A stretch of 45,960 nt of DNA from Verrucomicrobiota bacterium. GTDB lineage: Bacteria > Verrucomicrobiota > Verrucomicrobiia > Chthoniobacterales > UBA10450. The stretch spans positions 1-45,960 of the forward strand of contig JBDTXE010000001.1 in assembly GCA_040006335.1 (NCBI GenBank), in the 5' to 3' direction. Under the pieces are notes generated by a model. That model made no database searches. It had not been told where the DNA came from and saw only the letters and a program-made list of their open reading frames with translations. How positions within the stretch are numbered: position 1 is the first letter of the stretch; every line of letters starts with the position of its first letter. This document shows positions 44,627 to 45,960 of the stretch, in pieces. A program made the translations under genes and the position numbers.

Positions 44627-44848
44627 ATGCGCTATTTCGTTGTTCTCAGCCTGGTCGTGATCGGCATCCTTTACCTTCGCCAGACTAAGAACGAGACCCC
44701 TGCTGTTGTCAGCCCGAGTCCAGCGACACAGGCGTCATCGCCACACGCGCCTGCTAATTCACCGCACTGGCCCGCGGCTTCCATCAATCGCGCCCACACC
44801 GTTGCGCAGCAGGTCAAAGATGAGCGAGCCGCTAATAGCGAGCCGTAA
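44627..44848 (+). CDS. Small membrane-anchored protein, hypothetical
   Basis: The sequence is MRYFVVLSLVVIGILYL followed by a Pro/Ser/Ala-rich tail. It is divergent from dsbD. There is no homology evidence. Confidence 0.35.
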   Translation: MRYFVVLSLVVIGILYLRQTKNETPAVVSPSPATQASSPHAPANSPHWPAASINRAHTVAQQVKDERAANSEP

Positions 44849-44934
44849 TTGTTCTTCGGCTTTCCTCGCGGCAAGCTTCGCTGACAGAATCAGCTTTTAG
44901 TTCATGGCCTACCGCCGGCGCGCTACGAAAGAAC

Positions 44935-45504
44935 CTACGGAGTATTCTTAACGCCCGTGACGGCCGAGCGGATCGACTGCTTGAACTCCCGCGCAGTGAG
45001 CCCTCGAGCGCCAGCAGCGGCCTGACCGTCGCGACCCATCTGCGCGAGGTCGGAGACGGCAGCGCCATCATTGGTCGTCACGATCTCCTGCCCGGCATCA
45101 TCGTTCTTTACCCGGAAACGACCGTGCATGATCCCGACGAGGGGGATGAACTGCGTCCCGTTGTTCTCCACAAACAGGATGTCGCGATCTCCGACTTTAA
45201 ACTTCGGCGCGTCGGTGACTTCCATCGTTCGGTCGCCAACGGTCCCTCCCAGCATCTGAAGCATCACTTCATTTTCCGCCGGGCCTTTCAGCATTTCGTT
45301 CACTTTAAAGGTGACGTAGGTCGCGATGTGTCGTTGCGCGCCCTCGCCGGTCCATTCCGACCGGACTCCGGTTACGGTGCCTTGGAAGATGGTCTGCGCC
45401 CGGCTGACCAGATCCTCAAACGTAGGAGGAATGACGGTGGTAGCGTGCGCGGCGAACGCTGCCGCCACACTGCATAAGATCGCGAGAATTTTCCGGTTGT
45501 GCAT
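44935..45504 (-). CDS. Hypothetical secreted protein
   Basis: The signal peptide is MHNRKILAILCSVAAAFAAHA. The protein is 189 aa and beta-rich. I recognise no family. Confidence 0.5.
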   Translation of the reverse strand: MHNRKILAILCSVAAAFAAHATTVIPPTFEDLVSRAQTIFQGTVTGVRSEWTGEGAQRHIATYVTFKVNEMLKGPAENEVMLQMLGGTVGDRTMEVTDAPKFKVGDRDILFVENNGTQFIPLVGIMHGRFRVKNDDAGQEIVTTNDGAAVSDLAQMGRDGQAAAGARGLTAREFKQSIRSAVTGVKNTP

Positions 45505-45564
45505 GGGAGTGATATTTTAACTGAGGTTTAGACGAAGTGATGTTCGCAGAAGATGTTCTTCGGC

Positions 45565-45960
45565 CTACGGGTCGAGATCATACGCTTCGAAGAGTGCGAT
45601 CCCGGTGGAGCTGCTAAAACCGCGCACGATGGCAGTGTAATTGCCTGCAGGCAGCGTGGAAATGATGGCCGACTCCGTACCATTGGCCGGTTGATAACCG
45701 CTGCTCGTAATCGCTGCCGCCTGTGCGCCGGTGGACCAATCGTCATTGGAAGCCAAGACGGTGCCGGAGGCGTTCCGCAGCTCCAGGGTCGGATCGCGCA
45801 AGGTGCCGTTGACGCCGTACGACGCCAGGGTTGGTCCCAGAGCGCGCAAGATGACCCGCTTGCTCGAACCGCCGTGCACAATTAAACCTCCGATGAGGAC
45901 GTCGTTATTGATCCCGACGTTTCCGCGAGTGGAAACATTGTTGAGGCGAGAATTGTTCGC
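45565..45960 (-). CDS. C-terminal fragment of a larger secreted protein (5' end outside window) with a PPC/DVUA0089-like beta-sandwich domain
   Basis: The frame is open to the window edge (…NNSRLNNVSTRGNVGINNDVLIGGLIVHGGSSKRVILRALGPTLASYGVNGTLRDPTLELRNASGTVLASNDDW...NYTAIVRGFSSSTGIALFEAYDLD). The DP.LEL....G..LA.NDDW pattern is typical of this C-terminal domain type. Confidence 0.55.
   Translation of the reverse strand, partial: ANNSRLNNVSTRGNVGINNDVLIGGLIVHGGSSKRVILRALGPTLASYGVNGTLRDPTLELRNASGTVLASNDDWSTGAQAAAITSSGYQPANGTESAIISTLPAGNYTAIVRGFSSSTGIALFEAYDLDP

Noticed and set aside
1-45960. CRISPR arrays, tandem or interspersed nucleotide repeats, IS elements, rRNA or other large structured RNAs.
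   Set aside because: I noticed no regularly spaced direct repeats. Most intergenic gaps are under 150 nt and the longest is about 285 nt (26176-26460). That gap shows no evident repeat or conserved-RNA-like structure by eye. A computational repeat or covariance-model scan would be needed to exclude small elements.

Overview
High-GC, gene-dense chromosomal segment. Spot-checked 60-nt lines are 57-70% G+C. I can support 47 protein-coding genes and one tRNA-Arg(CCG). I saw no rRNA, transposase, integrase, prophage genes or CRISPR array. Most of the window is housekeeping: ftsK 3' end, rodZ-like, rimO, trxA, rplS, rnhB, yraN, rsmE, dnaJ, grpE, plsC, cmk, aroA, nadB, panC and a pseudouridine synthase. 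Three other themes are interleaved with it. (i) Envelope and glycolipid genes: two GT-C/ArnT-like membrane transferases, a tandem GT2, an RmlC-like cupin, a methyltransferase, a fused LpxL-type acyltransferase/heptosyltransferase, a thioesterase, a NodB deacetylase and a secreted DPBB-like protein. (ii) Signalling genes: STAS plus GAF-PP2C, a REC-PP2C and a hybrid histidine kinase. (iii) Thiol-redox genes: cytoplasmic trxA plus periplasmic DsbD, a redoxin and a CGWC thioredoxin-like protein. A SWIB-domain protein, a small basic protein, a Trp-rich DUF6600-like lipoprotein and several Pro-rich proteins suggest the PVC superphylum, probably Verrucomicrobiota. That assignment is inference only. 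The observations most worth follow-up are these. (1) A STAS/GAF-PP2C partner-switching pair is translationally coupled to grpE-dnaJ, with no hrcA, CIRCE or dnaK nearby. (2) A solitary bacterial dynamin-like GTPase sits 9 nt downstream of a secreted NodB deacetylase and converges on a secreted DPBB-like protein. (3) An AT-shifted two-gene islet (beta-propeller-like protein plus GT-C membrane protein) sits at the tail of the chaperone/rsmE gene string. (4) Two gene fusions are present: MBL exonuclease with ATP-dependent DNA ligase, and LpxL-type acyltransferase with GT9 heptosyltransferase. (5) A conserved-looking 51-codon small basic ORF is missing from the supplied ORF track. None of these is proven to be a new system. 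All functional calls rest on motif recognition by eye, without database searches.
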